A DNA stretch of 64,000 nt from Sphaerodactylus townsendi (GCF_021028975.2 NC_059430.1:39680001-39744000), one strand, 5' to 3'. Numbered from the stretch's first letter, positions 13,418 to 27,612 are shown. The notes: generated by a model not told the origin, from the sequence alone. Made by a program: numbers and translations.

Positions 13418-13593
13418 AGTTTCCATAGCGTAAGAGGGCATACCCCGGAAGTGAAGCAGCCATGTCGCCGAGTGACCTCCGGAGCTGAACTGGGAGCGGG
13501 AAGAGGTGGGGTCGGAGCCCCTGAAGCGTGACACAGCCTCCGTGAAGGGGTCAGAAGCCGCTGTCGGTTTTTTGTCCTTCGTCCCTCTTACAG
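13418..13593 (+). promoter_or_regulatory. MIEF1: MIEF1 promoter and non-coding exon 1
   Basis: ETS/GABP motif CCGGAAGTG at 13445-13453, local CpG enrichment, and a strong donor CAG|GTAAG at 13593/13594. It lies upstream of the exon-2 acceptor (AG at 14336-14337). The TSS cannot be fixed exactly. Confidence 0.65.
13462..13488 (+). CDS. Short upstream ORF in the MIEF1 leader (MSPSDLRS*)
   Basis: gccATG TCG CCG AGT GAC CTC CGG AGC TGA, just downstream of the ETS motif. It is real only if the TSS lies upstream of 13462. Confidence 0.35.
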   Translation: MSPSDLRS

Positions 13594-14361
13594 GTAAGCC
13601 TCTTGAGAGCCTCAGAAAGACTGTTGAACTGCAGTGCTTGGAAAGGGGCAGATCTGGCTCAGGCTGCTTAATCACAGGGGTTCCCTTTCGATGACTCCGA
13701 GCAAGATTCAACATGTAAGGGTGGTATAGCGTAAATCAGGAGTGTCAGATATGTAACCCAGGGAGGGGGCTTATCGGCCTGCAACCCAGCTGGGACAACA
13801 TCCCACGCCTTATTCTTGATCTTGCTGTAGGCCAGTCTAGTCTGCCACCCCACCCTGCTGTGGACTCCCCAGGCAGCCAGCCCCACTTCTGATCTGTGCT
13901 TTTGATCCACCTCTCCCCTGCGTGAGTCTTGGCTGACAAGCCTGCTGTGCGTTCGCTAGTTGAGTAGCCATCCCCCCCTTGTGATCTGTGATAGCTAGCC
14001 AGCTTTGGGTGCACCAGCTGAGGTAGCAACACACACACACACTCACCTGTACAACCACCTCCCCTAGAGCCAAGACTGCTGTGAGCTCACCAGCAGTGGC
14101 TCCCCCCGACACATACTGCTGATCACCTCCCCCAATGCCCTTCTGGAGTGGCAAGACCACTGCCACCTGATGTTTCCCATATGAGCCCTGTAAAAAATTG
14201 GGTGGGATAAAAACGCAAAAATAAAATAATAAAAACTATTATTCTATCAGTTACTGTTGTTCCTACCCTAGAAGCCATAAATGAAATATATCACTGAAAG
14301 GAATTGTGTTGCTTTTCTTTTGTCTATGTACCGACAGTTTATCCTTGTCCGTTCATCCTCC

Positions 14362-14574
14362 ATGGCAGCGTGGACCCGTGAAGCAGTGCTGAACCTCTAT
14401 CGCACTTTGCTGCGTCAGGGGCGTGGTCTGCGCTATACTGATCGTGATTTCTACTTGACCTCGATCCGGAAAGAGTTCCGCAAGAACCAGTATCTTGAGC
14501 GGCTTGAAGATAAGGAGAGGCAACTGGAGAAGGGCCAGGCTTTCCTACATACCAAACTTGGCGGCTTGGTTTAG
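14362..14574 (+). CDS. MIEF1: AltMIEF1 / MIEF1 upstream-ORF microprotein (MIEF1-MP), 70-aa LYR-motif mitoribosome assembly factor
   Basis: [70 protein letters not shown]. It has the LYR motif plus the downstream F (EFRKN). Length (70 aa) and sequence closely match human AltMIEF1 as recalled. It lies in exon 2 after the acceptor ...accgacag| (exon starts 14338). Confidence 0.95.
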   Translation: MAAWTREAVLNLYRTLLRQGRGLRYTDRDFYLTSIRKEFRKNQYLERLEDKERQLEKGQAFLHTKLGGLV

Positions 14575-14849
14575 AAATTTCCCCTCCCATTCTTCTGACT
14601 CCATTTTCTCAAGTCTTTTGAACACTTGTTCTAGATGGTTAATATTGGCTAGTTGCTGCAAATCTGAAAAAAGAAACCTATATGTTTTCTGTATACATTC
14701 CTGGGAATATTCCTCTGTCCTCATCACAAATGCATTAGGTTTCAGGTGCGTTATGTACAGCTATGGACTGCTGTTTTAATATTTCATTGCCTTGATTGGT
14801 AATTGCCAAAACAGTCCTAAAATTCAATTTTGAGAGGGTGAAGGTAGGA

Positions 14850-15150
14850 GCTCTATGGTGCTGAGTGGTAAGTTGCAGTACTTTAATCAAAGTTCTGCTC
14901 ACAACCTGAGTTCAATCTTGACAGAGGTCAGTTTCAAGTAGTTGGCTCAAGGTTGACTCTGCCTGCCATCTTTCCGAGGTGGTTAAAATGAGTACCCAGC
15001 TTTCTCTGTGTAAAGTGTAGATGATGGGGAAAGGCAATAGCAAACCACCTCGTAAACATAGTCTGCTTAGTAAATGTTGTAATGTGACATCACCCCATGG
15101 GTCACTAATGATCCAGTGCTTGCACAGGGGACTGTGCACTTTGCCTTTTG
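14850..15150 (+). mobile_element. Sauria/Squam-type SINE in a MIEF1 intron
   Basis: tRNA-like head plus the characteristic core tcaaggttgactctgcc...ccgaggtgg..aaaatgagtacccagc. Confidence 0.65.
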
Positions 15151-15720
15151 GCTAAGATTCACAGGAGCAGGGACAGCTTTGATGACATTGCAAAAATGGG
15201 CTTGAGCATTTTGACAGGCAGAACATGCACACAGAAGCTGGAGAAACTCCTATTTAGATTTGGTGACTTTTAGTAGACACAGGAGGATTCGGTCTCAGAA
15301 CAGGGTTGACTAATTTCTATGGTGATCCCCACCTACAGCGTTGAAATCAGTTTGGCATGATTAAGTCACATGTAAGAGCAGGGATTTACCTGTTTTCAGT
15401 AGTATGAGGGCACTATAATGTGCAAGGTAAGAGGTCCCGGGTGTGGGAAAACCGGATTCAAATCTCCATTCAGCCATGACATTCGCTAAGTGGCCCTGGG
15501 CATTTTTGCCTAAGCTGTCCACATTTTGCTGACAGTGCATGATAGAAGAACTGAAAAACATGTCTTAAGTGTTGTTGAATGAATAATTTATAATAATATG
15601 TTTCTTAGTAATGATCTACGAGAAGAAGAAAATCTAACTCAGTAAATATTGAGTGGCATAAGGGGAAAGTTAAAGGTGTTAACAGTTTTGGTTTTTTTCT
15701 CCATCTCTTGTAAAGGAGCA

Positions 15721-15864
15721 ATGGCAGGCGCTGGAGAGCGCAAAGGCAAAAAGGATGACAATGGCATTGGCACGGCCATTGATTTTGTCCTGTCCAATGC
15801 TCGACTTGTCCTGGGCGTGGGAGGTGCTGCCATGCTGGGGATCGCCACTTTGGCTGTCAAAAGG
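15721..15864 (+). CDS. MIEF1: MIEF1/MiD51 coding exon 1 (N-terminus and outer-membrane TM segment)
   Basis: MAGAGERKGKKDDNGIGTAIDFVLSNARLVLGVGGAAMLGIATLAVKR; acceptor ...tgtaaag| (exon starts 15716); donor |gtaaga at 15865; 144 nt. Confidence 0.96.
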
Positions 15865-15961
15865 GTAAGAGTGGTTGATGGGGAGATGAGCCTTGAGGGA
15901 GAGGCGTGTGGAAATTGAGGGGATATTACAATATGTTTCCTATCTCCTACTCTCCCTTCAG

Positions 15962-16139
15962 ATGTATGATCGGGCAATCAGTGCCCCAACCAGCCCCACA
16001 CGCTTGAGCCAGTCAGGAAAAAAAAGCTGGGAGGAGCCAAGCTGGCTTGGGTCGTCACGGTTACTGAATGAAGATATGAAGAGTAACCTTAGCCGTTCCC
16101 TGCAGACTCTTCCTACAGATCCTTCAGCATTTGAAATGG
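15962..16139 (+). CDS. MIEF1: MIEF1/MiD51 coding exon 2
   Basis: MYDRAISAPTSPTRLSQSGKKSWEEP...; acceptor cccttcag|, donor |gtgaga; 178 nt, ends in phase 1. Confidence 0.95.
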
Positions 16140-17696
16140 GTGAGAAGTAGCCTTGAACTAATTAATTTTGCCTTTAAAAAAAACAACTCCATTCTAAGTC
16201 CACCCTAATTATAAAAGTTTTTAAATGTTTATTTCATGCTGAATTACTAAAATGTAAGAGGCCAGAGACTTAGTCATTCAGACCCTTTTCCCAGAGAAGA
16301 AAGGAAAAAGACTTGGTTTAGAAATTTCCCCTTCTATACATTGGCCTCCTTTTTCTCAAGCCTTTGATCATCTGTTCTAGATGGTAAATATTGGCGAGTT
16401 GCTGCAAATCTGAAAAAATAAATCTATAGGTTATCTGTGTGCATTCCTGGGAATATTTGATCATTGCTCATAAACCTATCCTTCTCTAACAGTGGGGTTA
16501 TCCATCTCCCTCTATCTTGATTAAATAAAAACCTTTTAATTCAGGCAACAGTAGGGCATTTAATCTGGCAGCCAAAAAATATTACAGTATCTGCAAATAG
16601 TCAAAGATTTCCAGTATGTCAGAAGGGTTACTGAAGGTTGTAATCCATTATAGGATAGAGAACACACTCTTCTATCTTGCAAAATTGTCCTTCTGAAATT
16701 AACTTTAATAACTTTAACCCTTGTCAACTCTACTTTGTAATTCTCCATAGATAATGAAAAGGCAGAAGTAAAGCCTAACTGTTTCAGTCTTTGATTAAGC
16801 AGCTTCTTCCAGTTATTCTTGATGTCCCCATGGGCCAAGGGGTCCCTTTTGCCTGGTGTGAAATTCAGCCCAGTTAATCACACAAAGCAGAGAAAAGCCA
16901 AGTTGTGTTTTATTTTCTGCATAGATAGGACAACAGCATACGTGTCACGAGGGAATTACTTCCAGATCTTGTGTAATTTGATTCAAATTTATATTGTGCT
17001 TATATATCTTTCTTCAGGGGCTGACTGCCAGCCTCTTCTGACCTATGTGATTCTGCAGATCCACCTCCCCATATATCCTCCCTGCTTTCCCAGGGGTAAC
17101 ATCATGCTAATAATGTAGTGTTCTCTGAGTTCCCTCTTGGTGCCAGCAGCTGATCCTTGACTTCGCAAAATGCAAAACATTTCCCTTTATCTTAGAAATG
17201 TTTTAGAACTAGAAAGTACAATCTAAGGGTTAGACCACTTAGCAACATGTATATATTTTGTTGGGTCAAAATCTTGCAACGTACAACAACTTGTTCTTTA
17301 AGATGAAGAAGGAAATAGACCCTTCCATTCACAGCTTTGTCTGAAATGGGTCACTAGTTATACTAATGGTTAATCTATTGTTTTGAAAGCAGTCTGTCAA
17401 CCTGCCTGACAAAAGTTGTTGTGAGGATAAAAAAGAGGAGGGAAGATCCGTGTATATCAACCTAACCTCCTTGAATGAATGGTGGGATAAAAATGCAATG
17501 ATACATAGTGGCTCTTCTGAGCACTATTCTGTAATGTGGCAACTGCCCCATGTTTCAGGACAATGGGTAGGTCCTTAATTGATAGGGCTTGTAGTTTTCC
17601 ACAGTGGAAGTGTTTTCCACAGTGTAACATTCAAATAGCAGGCTTCATGGCAGGGAAAGACATAAATCTAGAGCTTCTGGGTGATGGTGCTTGTGA

Positions 17697-18173
<477 letters not shown>

Positions 18174-19134
18174 TAAATATCTTGCAGAGCAAATGGATTG
18201 CTCTGAGTGACTGTGAAAAAAAACTTTTTTCACCTTTCTTTCTGCAGTTCTTATTGTCAGCTCTTTCTGGCTGTCCTCTATCACGCTGTCTGTGTCTTTT
18301 CTCTCCTGTTTCGATTCCAAAGATTTCAGAATCTGTTTACATGCTTTTCTGTTCTTTTCTTGTATGGCAGATTTGGATTGGAGAACTCCTTTGTTCAGCT
18401 ATTACATCAGCATTTATTTATATCCCACTTTCCTCCTTAGTACATGATTCTCTCCGCTCTATTTTTGCACAATGACAACCATGTGAGGGAGACCAGGCTG
18501 AGAGTTTGTGAGAGGACCATGGTCAAGCTTACACGGTAGATTTGGGGATTTGAACCCAGGTTACCCAAAGTCCTAGTCCACCTCTCTGTCCACTATGCCA
18601 CACTGTCTCTCCTTAGTACCTTTGTGAAAGGACCATCCTTTAGTGAGCTCTTCATAATGGACTTATGAGTTAGCACCATACTAACTCCTGCATATTTTAT
18701 CCTGGATGAAACTTTAATAATGAAAGTGACCCGCCCAGGCTTGAGGTACCTGCAAGGAGAGGAAGACAAATTTAACCCAGAAGGAGTTCCATTGCTGTCA
18801 AAAAGATCTTTCCCTTTCCCACCCTCCCAAGAATTCTTCTGGCTGCACCCAGGTTTTAAATATCTTCAGTGACAGGCAGACTGACATAGCTTGTAGAGAA
18901 GGCTCATTGTTTACCTTCTGGAGTAGAGCTTCTGCTTCCAGTTTTTGTTTCCACACCCCCGATTTATGAATACATATTGTATGCCATGTCTGCTACATCA
19001 ACATGTTCTAGCAGGACCTTGAATAATGATGCAGACTCCAGCTAAGTGTCTCTTTGCATCTCCTTATTCACAGAGTTGCTGTGACTTTTATAGACCTATA
19101 ATGCTTAGCTTGTTACTTTTCTCCTCCCGGATAG

Positions 19135-19941
<807 letters not shown>

Positions 19942-22900
19942 TAGCTGCCTTATGTCTGAGAAGGGTGTTGGGACCTGCAGGTTCTCTGACACTTTTAATA
20001 TATGCACACACCCTGTCCTGTTCTTTTGGCAAGCCCGGTTTCTTAATTATATACTCTATGTGGTCCTCTAGATTTCTTGGTGCTACTGGTCCAGTTCTAC
20101 TGCTTTGGCAGCAGCTGTCTGAAGGAGCAAGAGGCAATGTGGAAACTGGGGTTCAGAGTTGTGGGTCCATCTTTGTTGCTGTGACAACTGCCTCCTTCAA
20201 CACTGCATTCCTTTTTTTTCTGTTACTGGTGCTGCAGTGAAAACAGACAGTCCCATCCCAGAAAAGGATGGAACTGGGCCAGTAAAACCCCTGGCATTTT
20301 TAGGAATCCTTGTGAGGCGATGCATTTTTTTTTCTTGGATACTGTCCCCTATGGATGATTTGTTAATCTTGTTGGTCATTTTCACACCCAAAATGTGCAT
20401 GGCTGCCTGAATGGGAAGTTTCAAATGAAAAGTATTTATTGCAGGGGATGTATTTGTGTGAGCACTGAACAGTGATTGTATTTAAAGTGTTCAGGGAAAC
20501 AGGGCAGAATTTCCAGGGAGATTTGGCTTACTGCATCAGTTCTTCCTATTGTTGAACCCTGATCAGTAATTTCATCTTTGGAAGCTGGGCTGGTTCAGAT
20601 CCAGGAGGCACTCCTTTGCCACTGTAGTGCCCTACATCAAACAATACACAATTCTCCTTGCACCCATGTATTCGGATTTTTTAAATTAATTTACCTCTGC
20701 AGAAGAATGTTAGAGTGATTTTCCCCCATTGGCTGCTCTCAAGATTATTTTTCTGCACCCTGATTATAATTTCCTAAGAAAGCGGGAACAGTCGAGGAGC
20801 TCTTTGCCATCTTTAATTGTGACATCCAAGTCTGAAGGCAAAGAAACAACTTTTGCGAACGGCTCCATCACGAGCACTTCAGTTGAGAGCAGCTAATCAC
20901 ACAGCAAGTGAAGGGCACTTAAAGGTCAGCCCTTGATTTTCATATATTGGCAAAACAGTGGGGAAATTATGAGTCCTGCTTTCTGCCTGCCCTGAGTCAC
21001 ATATGTAAAGATGCAAGCAGTGAAGATTTTGGAGAAAGGAGAATGTAATTTTGAGCTGGCAAGACCCATTAAATTGCACTGCTTATGAATTTGCAGAAGG
21101 TGGCATATTTTTACACTTTAGTCCTGTTGCTTTTAGGGAACTAGTAGTTTACTACTCCCACTGCCATTGTTACTCAGCTGTCCTCTGTGTCCCTCCCTGC
21201 TGCTTTTAAGGGAGTAACCGCCCACTTCAGCTATATCTCCTCCTCTGCAAGCGTGGAATTGACATAGACAGTGAATGTGTTATCTCTCAGGAATACTCTT
21301 CTACCACTGTCACCCCTTAAATATTCCCTGAGATGTATATGTGTGATTTTTGTGTAGATGACTCTTGGGTTGTTATGTTTCCAGTACCTAATATTGCTAT
21401 TTGAAGGCAGGACAAATAGGAAGGTGATTTGTAGGTGCAGGAACTTGAGTAGAGGTTCTCTTCCCTTTCTTCCTTTTGAAAATGGTGCTTATGTTAACAT
21501 CTAAACCTCGGTCGTGGTTTTTAATTTGCTTTCCCTGTTTAAAAAGTGCCCCGATTCATATTCCACCTATTTAAAATCAGATGTTTGCAAGACAGTATTT
21601 GTTTCACACGAATGAAACAGTGTTACAGCTGTTTAAGCTTTACCAGACTGCCAGCCAAAGACTTGAAAGGTTTTAATGTGGGTGTCCAGCCATCTGTAGC
21701 CAGGAAAAGCAGCATTTTTTACTCTCTAATGTTTGTTCTGGTTTTCAGTGGCTGCTTTATTTTTCTTTTAAATCAACGTCCTTTCTTTCCCTACTTCTCT
21801 TCTAGTATAAGTCTTCCTGTCACACTTGGTGATGAGTGAAGCTGTGGGTATAACTCAGATCGAGTACTCTGCTGTTCGGACAAATAATTTTACAAATTGC
21901 ACAAAGAGTGTGATCTCATTCGGTGGCGGTCTCTCTTTCATCTGGTGCTCGTTTCCAAGTGGTAGTCTTTCCACAACGCGATAAATGGCTTAATAGTAAA
22001 GGAAGCTACTGAATTGGTTGGAGGAATCCGGTATCTCCTGCCATTCCATTTGTCAAACACTTATTAATACATACTCCTTTTAAAAAGAACCTCTTTGTTA
22101 CTTGTTAGAAAAATAATAATAGATTGTTGTGTGTGTGTTGCTGTCAAACTGGATTATTTGGAATGTAGGATGGGATTTTCCCAGGAGCAAGTCACCTTTT
22201 TTTTGCTTTCTTCACTTTTATCACTCTAGCTGCTCTGTTCTGAAGAGTGATGTATTTTGTGTAGGTATCTGAAAAAGGGTGCCTGTTTAATAATAAGACC
22301 AGTGCTTATAATCTCACAAGCAACAAGTAGTAAAGTCTCTGCCACTGACACTCAGTGGAATAGCCAGATTTTTAAAGCATGGAACAAAACTGGATTGTCC
22401 AGTTCCCTCAGTTCTGGGGAGGGCTGTGTGTCTTGCACAGAGCTCAGGCATTATGTCGTGAGGGGCAGCTATTAAGAATCTTGCACTAATGCTACTTTGT
22501 GACTACACAACTCAGTCGTATGAAATGCTAAGATGTTAACTATCAGTATTCACTAAAAATGCACATGGGCAGTGTTTGGTGATTATAGCACAGGAGGCTT
22601 GGTATTCAATATCCGTGGACTTCTGAAACTTCAGAACAAAATCTGGATGTCGAGAATGTGAAATGGAGCTCATGACTTATGGAGGTGGAAAACCCAGACA
22701 GTCAGAAGGCTGTCACAGGTTCTTGAATCATGAGAATGCACTGGTGTAATGCCTTAACGATGTCATGGAAACCAATACGATTTTTCCCTGAACTGCACAG
22801 TGGGGGACCAACTAGTACAAATATAGATTTTTGTTGCAGTCAAACACCCCTACTGATTCTGAGTCAGATAAAAATTCTTCACGCGAAAAAAGAATTATGT

Positions 22901-23080
22901 AAATAACAGCAAGTGAAAGGAGCTTAGGTACCCAGGATACTTAAGATAACCGAATGAGATCTTTTACCTTGTCTCAAGCCCTAATGCACTTTAAGGGGGA
23001 TTAGGGGAAGGAAATCTAGTGCATGGTCTGTGACAGTATGTGGAAATTCTGAAATAAAATAACTTTCCACAACACTATGG
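19942..23080 (+). other. MIEF1: Probable long MIEF1 3' UTR ending at a polyadenylation signal
   Basis: About 3.1 kb with little recognisable repeat sequence. AATAAA at 23053-23058 is followed by a GT/T-rich downstream element (ggctgtgtttta). Confidence 0.5.
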
Positions 23081-23294
23081 CTGTGTTTTAACTATTTTCT
23101 TAACCTGAAATGCTCAGAGGTTTATCTGAAAGAGAACTTCTGCAGTGCTTTGATCAGCCCACAGGTGTGCGGAAACAAACGGACTTGCTCCTGGACTTCT
23201 GGACTTGAAAGCTGTTGCACAGAGTGTGACTTAAAAAAAAATGAGCAGGAGGCCTGAGTCGAAATCAATGTTGAGCTTAAATGTTATGCTAGAG

Positions 23295-23531
23295 CAGGGG
23301 TCTGCAACCCACGGCTCCGGAGCCACATGCGGCTCTTTCAGCCTTATACTGCGACTCCGCATGGCCTGGAGGTCGGAGGGTAGCATGGCTGTGTCTCTCC
23401 AGGAAAGGTGCGTGGAGGGGCCAAACTGGAGGCGGCTCCATGCAGAGCTGCCTCTCTGGCTCGGTAGATCTTCGGGGCCGTGAAAAACGGGTCCAAATGG
23501 CTCTTTGGGTGGTAAAGGTTGCTGACCCCTG
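23295..23531. mobile_element. hAT (Charlie-like) MITE
   Basis: TIRs CAGGGGTC.GCAACC / GGTTGCTGACCCCTG; 8-bp TSD TGCTAGAG on both sides. Confidence 0.85.
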
Positions 23532-23892
23532 TGCTAGAGAGAAACATAATACAAGATCTGCTACAGTATTTTTCATCCTAACTGTCTTGGTTTTCACTTT
23601 TTAAATGAGTTGTTTTCTAGGGGTGTGGGAAGGGTGGTCTTGAACAGAGGCTACAGAGTTCTGATGTATGGCCCTGGAGATGTATGTGTCTTCCATAGCT
23701 CCATCATCGTTGGAGTTTCACTCTGATCTTTTATTGAATTTGCAAAACATCAAGGAGAGAAGAGAGTGCTCACCCCTGTTTCCCAAGTTTTCATGGCAAT
23801 AGTAGACTTTCACCTTTCAGGATCATGGGTAGGAGAACACAATCATATCTGGGGGGAATGAAACCCCTTCAAAGCTAATCCTTTGTGTGCTT

Positions 23893-24130
23893 GAAGAAAA
23901 GAGTTGGTTTTCATACCCCACTTTTCTCTCCCTTGAAGGAGTCTCCAAGCTGCTAAAAATCACCTTCCTTTCCCCACAGCAGACACCTTGTGAGGTAGGT
24001 AGGGCTGAGAGAGTTCTGAGAGAACTGTGACTATCTCAAGGTCACCCAGCAGACTTCACGAGGAGGAGAAGGGAAACAAATGTGGTTCTCCAGAACAGAG
24101 TCCGCCACTCTTGACCACTACTCCATTCTA
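23893..24130 (-). mobile_element. tRNA-derived SINE
   Basis: Closely similar copy at 31030-31330 (cacagcagacaccttgtgaggta..ctgagagag..aactgtgact..caaggtcacccagca). Confidence 0.65.
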
Positions 24131-27059
24131 GCACTTCTAAAAAAGAGCTATTTTTGAAGGAGTTTATACTCCCCTGTTTTTATGTTACTAGACATGAGTA
24201 AATGCTTCTAGGTTTCCTAATCCAGGATTGTGGCATTACACATCTATGGTACTTAAGAACAAAACCCCCTTGCAGCAATCTCTGAATTCTGAAGAGGGAA
24301 ATATTTGAGAAACAACCAACCTGTCCAGCTTCCACCTCACTGCTTGTTAGAACACCCAAGATTGGTGTTCTAAATTTCTCTTTTGTATGAACTTCATCAG
24401 ATTAGGGTTTTGCATTCCTTACTAACACATATCCCTGTTCTGGCCATCCCATCCCTGCTTTTCAGCTATTTTCCTAATCCTTCAATGCCTTGTTGTTTCT
24501 TCCTACTCAGCAAGGATTGCAATAAAAACAATATGTGTAATTCTAAGTATAGAAGTTAGGTTCACATGACTTGGATCTCTGTTAAGAGTTATATTCTTCT
24601 TGTAGGTTGGCATTGTTATGAGATCCCTCTGCTTCCTTTACTGGACAGCAACCAACTGCAAACTAGCCTGATGGGTAATGGAAAAAGGAATTAGACATGT
24701 AACACTGCTGCCCCCAGGCTGATGATATTCACTGTACTTCTTGCTGGTATTTTAGCCATTTATCTCCCTGCCTTCACTGCCACTGGTAGTATAAGCTCAC
24801 CCACCTCTGGGTCAATGTTTATATTTGTATAATGTTATACACGTATTAAGTTTCTTTTCTGTATGCTTCTTGCCTGTTTTGTCTCTCCTAGATGGCCTAG
24901 AATGAGCTTGCAACTTTTTCTCTCTTTCCAGTTAACTCACTGCAGCCCAGAGAGGACTTTATTGCTAGCAAAAGGTTTGGCCTGTAGGGAAGACTCCAAA
25001 GCTCAGCATGGTGAAATTTCAAACATCCATTGCTTGCAGCCCTTCCCACTTCTCTGTGAAAATAACTTTAAAAATTGGTGATGTCATGACACTCTGTGCT
25101 ACCAAACTGATGGCAGTAGATCGCCAAGGCTTCAGGCAGAGTTATGTGCCTTCCTTAGGAAATCTCTACATCACTAGGTTTCTTTGGAGTTTTTTGAGCA
25201 TTCAGTACCCTTAACTACCTAGCCTGTGAAGGATAAAACTTGTCCTGTATTGCTTGCCTTCCCTTGTCTTAATTCTATATAATTCTATATGGTATATAAT
25301 TCTATATTTCCTGGAAGATTGGTCTGCTGGTGTCAGGATGCTGGTGCCTTTGGGGCAATGATGTCATCACAGCATTAGACTGCCTAGTTTGTAATTACAG
25401 TAGTTTCACAGTGATTTTTTGGGGGGGTTAGGGAGATGCTAAGGAGAAAATACTGGAACGTTCTGCAATTCAAGGAGCCGCAAAAGAAGAATGTTCCTTC
25501 AAAGAAAGCAAGTGTATTTCAAGTGGCTGCTGGAGGCATAATAGTGATCAGCTGATGCACTTCACTATAACATAACCTGACAGCAATTGTATCACTGCTT
25601 GAAATGAAGATGATAACACACCCTCTCCACTCCATTTACTCTACTTCTCAGTTTTTGCAGTCCTGCTGGTACTGTTAGCTGCCAGGAGGTTTTGAGAAAT
25701 GCATTTGGCTTTTTGAGTACATTATGCCAAATAAGCATGTTAATAGCAAAAACCAAATTTACTAAAGCAACTTTGAAAATGCAAGTAAAAAAGATACCAA
25801 ATATACAGCTTGGACTTCCCCAAGTGAAGCAACTCTTCCTTCCTGCCCAATGTCTGTACTCTGATTCTAGTTAAGATTAATGATTTTGATTAATGGTTCA
25901 ACAACTTCTGTTTAATTTTTATTTATGGTATGAAATTGCTTAAATTTTAATCTGTTAATAGGTCAAGTTTTATGTAATTGCTGTTTGAATAACAGCCGTG
26001 TTGTGAGCCACCTTGAGCCCTTCGGGGATGAGGCGGCTTATAAGTCGAATAGAGAGACGGTAGTGGAGGAGGAGGTTGTGAAAGGCACAATACTCTTGTA
26101 TTTTGTGTATCAGCTCCAGTTAGCAAGCACCAAAATGACCCCTAATAAGCTGCAAATCAGATCTCCCTTGCTTCCTACTATGATCTTGGTTTCTTTGGTT
26201 TCCTCGCTATTAAGACGTGGTGATCTGGTCCCTACTGTCATTTATTTGAGACATTTACATGTAGCTTGTCTAAAAAACGAGATGTCCAAGATGGCAAATG
26301 ATTGTTGTGACTAATTTCTATTATGAGCCACTCTAAACTGTTTGATCATCTTGACACTGTTAATTGAAAGCACGCTTACTCCAGAGTTCTTGACATTGTT
26401 CCAGAAGGATAGCAACAAGGAGTTGGGTGGCATCTTAAATTCTAATAAGCTTATTGTGGCATAAGGTTTTGTACTACTATCCGCCCCCCACCCCCGCACA
26501 GTAGCTACACAGCAGCAACAATGGGGTCCAAAGTGGAGGTACCAATCCAGGGACTATCTCTGGCAATAAACCTCAGGACCGGAACTTTCCTTTATCTACT
26601 CAAGGGTCACTATCATGGGGCCTGTGCCTAGGGCTCAGTCAACTGTTTGGTGTTTTTGCATGTCAGTTGACAGCAATGTCCTTCTTCGGCCAAACTGGGC
26701 GCTGGCTAAGGAAAGATGAAACAGACACAACCCAGCTGTTAAAAACTGAAGAAATAATTTCATCCTCCATTTTAAAAAATCAATAGATTACTCCATTGTG
26801 ATGGTATAGAGAAGGGATTGATACTATGACATTTTGCTTTGGACGAGGCCAGGAAGGGCTTGTTCACTACAGAAAGTAATTGGTCTTCTTTAGGAGTTTG
26901 TTGACACTATGAATCTTGTCTTGCTGGTTTGTCACCTGTTGGGTGTACTCCACTCCCACTGTGATTGTATAATTTGCATTTTTGCAGGATATAGTTTCCA
27001 TGTGTTCTCTGTGAAGTAATGACAATCCCCATCTGTTTGTTGGACTGCTGAGTCTTCTG

Positions 27060-27612
27060 GCCTCATTTTAAGGCCCTTTGCGGCTTGGGGCCCTCATACT
27101 TGCGGGACAATCTTACCCCATATGTCCCGAATAGGCCGTTGCGCTCCTTATCAGCGGAGCTGCTGGAAGTCCCCGGTCCTTCAGTGATGCGCTGGCCTCT
27201 CCCCGGGCCAGGGCCTTTACAGCCCTGGCCCCTGCCTGGTGGAACGCTCTCCCACCAGCTGTTCGGGCCCTGCGGGACCTTGGTGAGTTCCGCAGGGCCT
27301 GTAAAACTGAGCTGTTCCGCCAGGCTTTTGGAGAGGCTGGCCGCGGATTCGCTACCCCCTGGTGAGGCCCCTGCTGTATGTTGTAATCTTTGGCAATGCC
27401 TCATATTGGTTCCATCTCTTGGCAGTGCCGCCCCTCCTGGCCTTGGGCCCGGGCACCACCCATATGGGATTTAAGCTGCTTTTTGTATGCTGCTATTGAT
27501 TTTAAGGGTTGTAATTATGTTTTAATTGTTGTTAGATATTACGTGTTGTAAACCGCCTAGAGCCCTTCGGGGATGAGGCGGTCTACGAAATCTAAATAAA
27601 TAAATAAATAAT
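27060..27612 (+). mobile_element. L2-clade LINE 3' fragment
   Basis: ORF2 C-terminal-like GPSYLRDNLTPYVPNRPLRS; 3' stem-loop ccgcc..gagccc..gggatgaggcgg; (TAAA)n tail. Confidence 0.75.

Noticed and set aside
14281-14361. N-terminal 27 aa of the 97-aa ORF in the track
   Set aside because: It runs through an intronic polypyrimidine tract and the acceptor at 14337; the real ORF starts at Met28 (14362).
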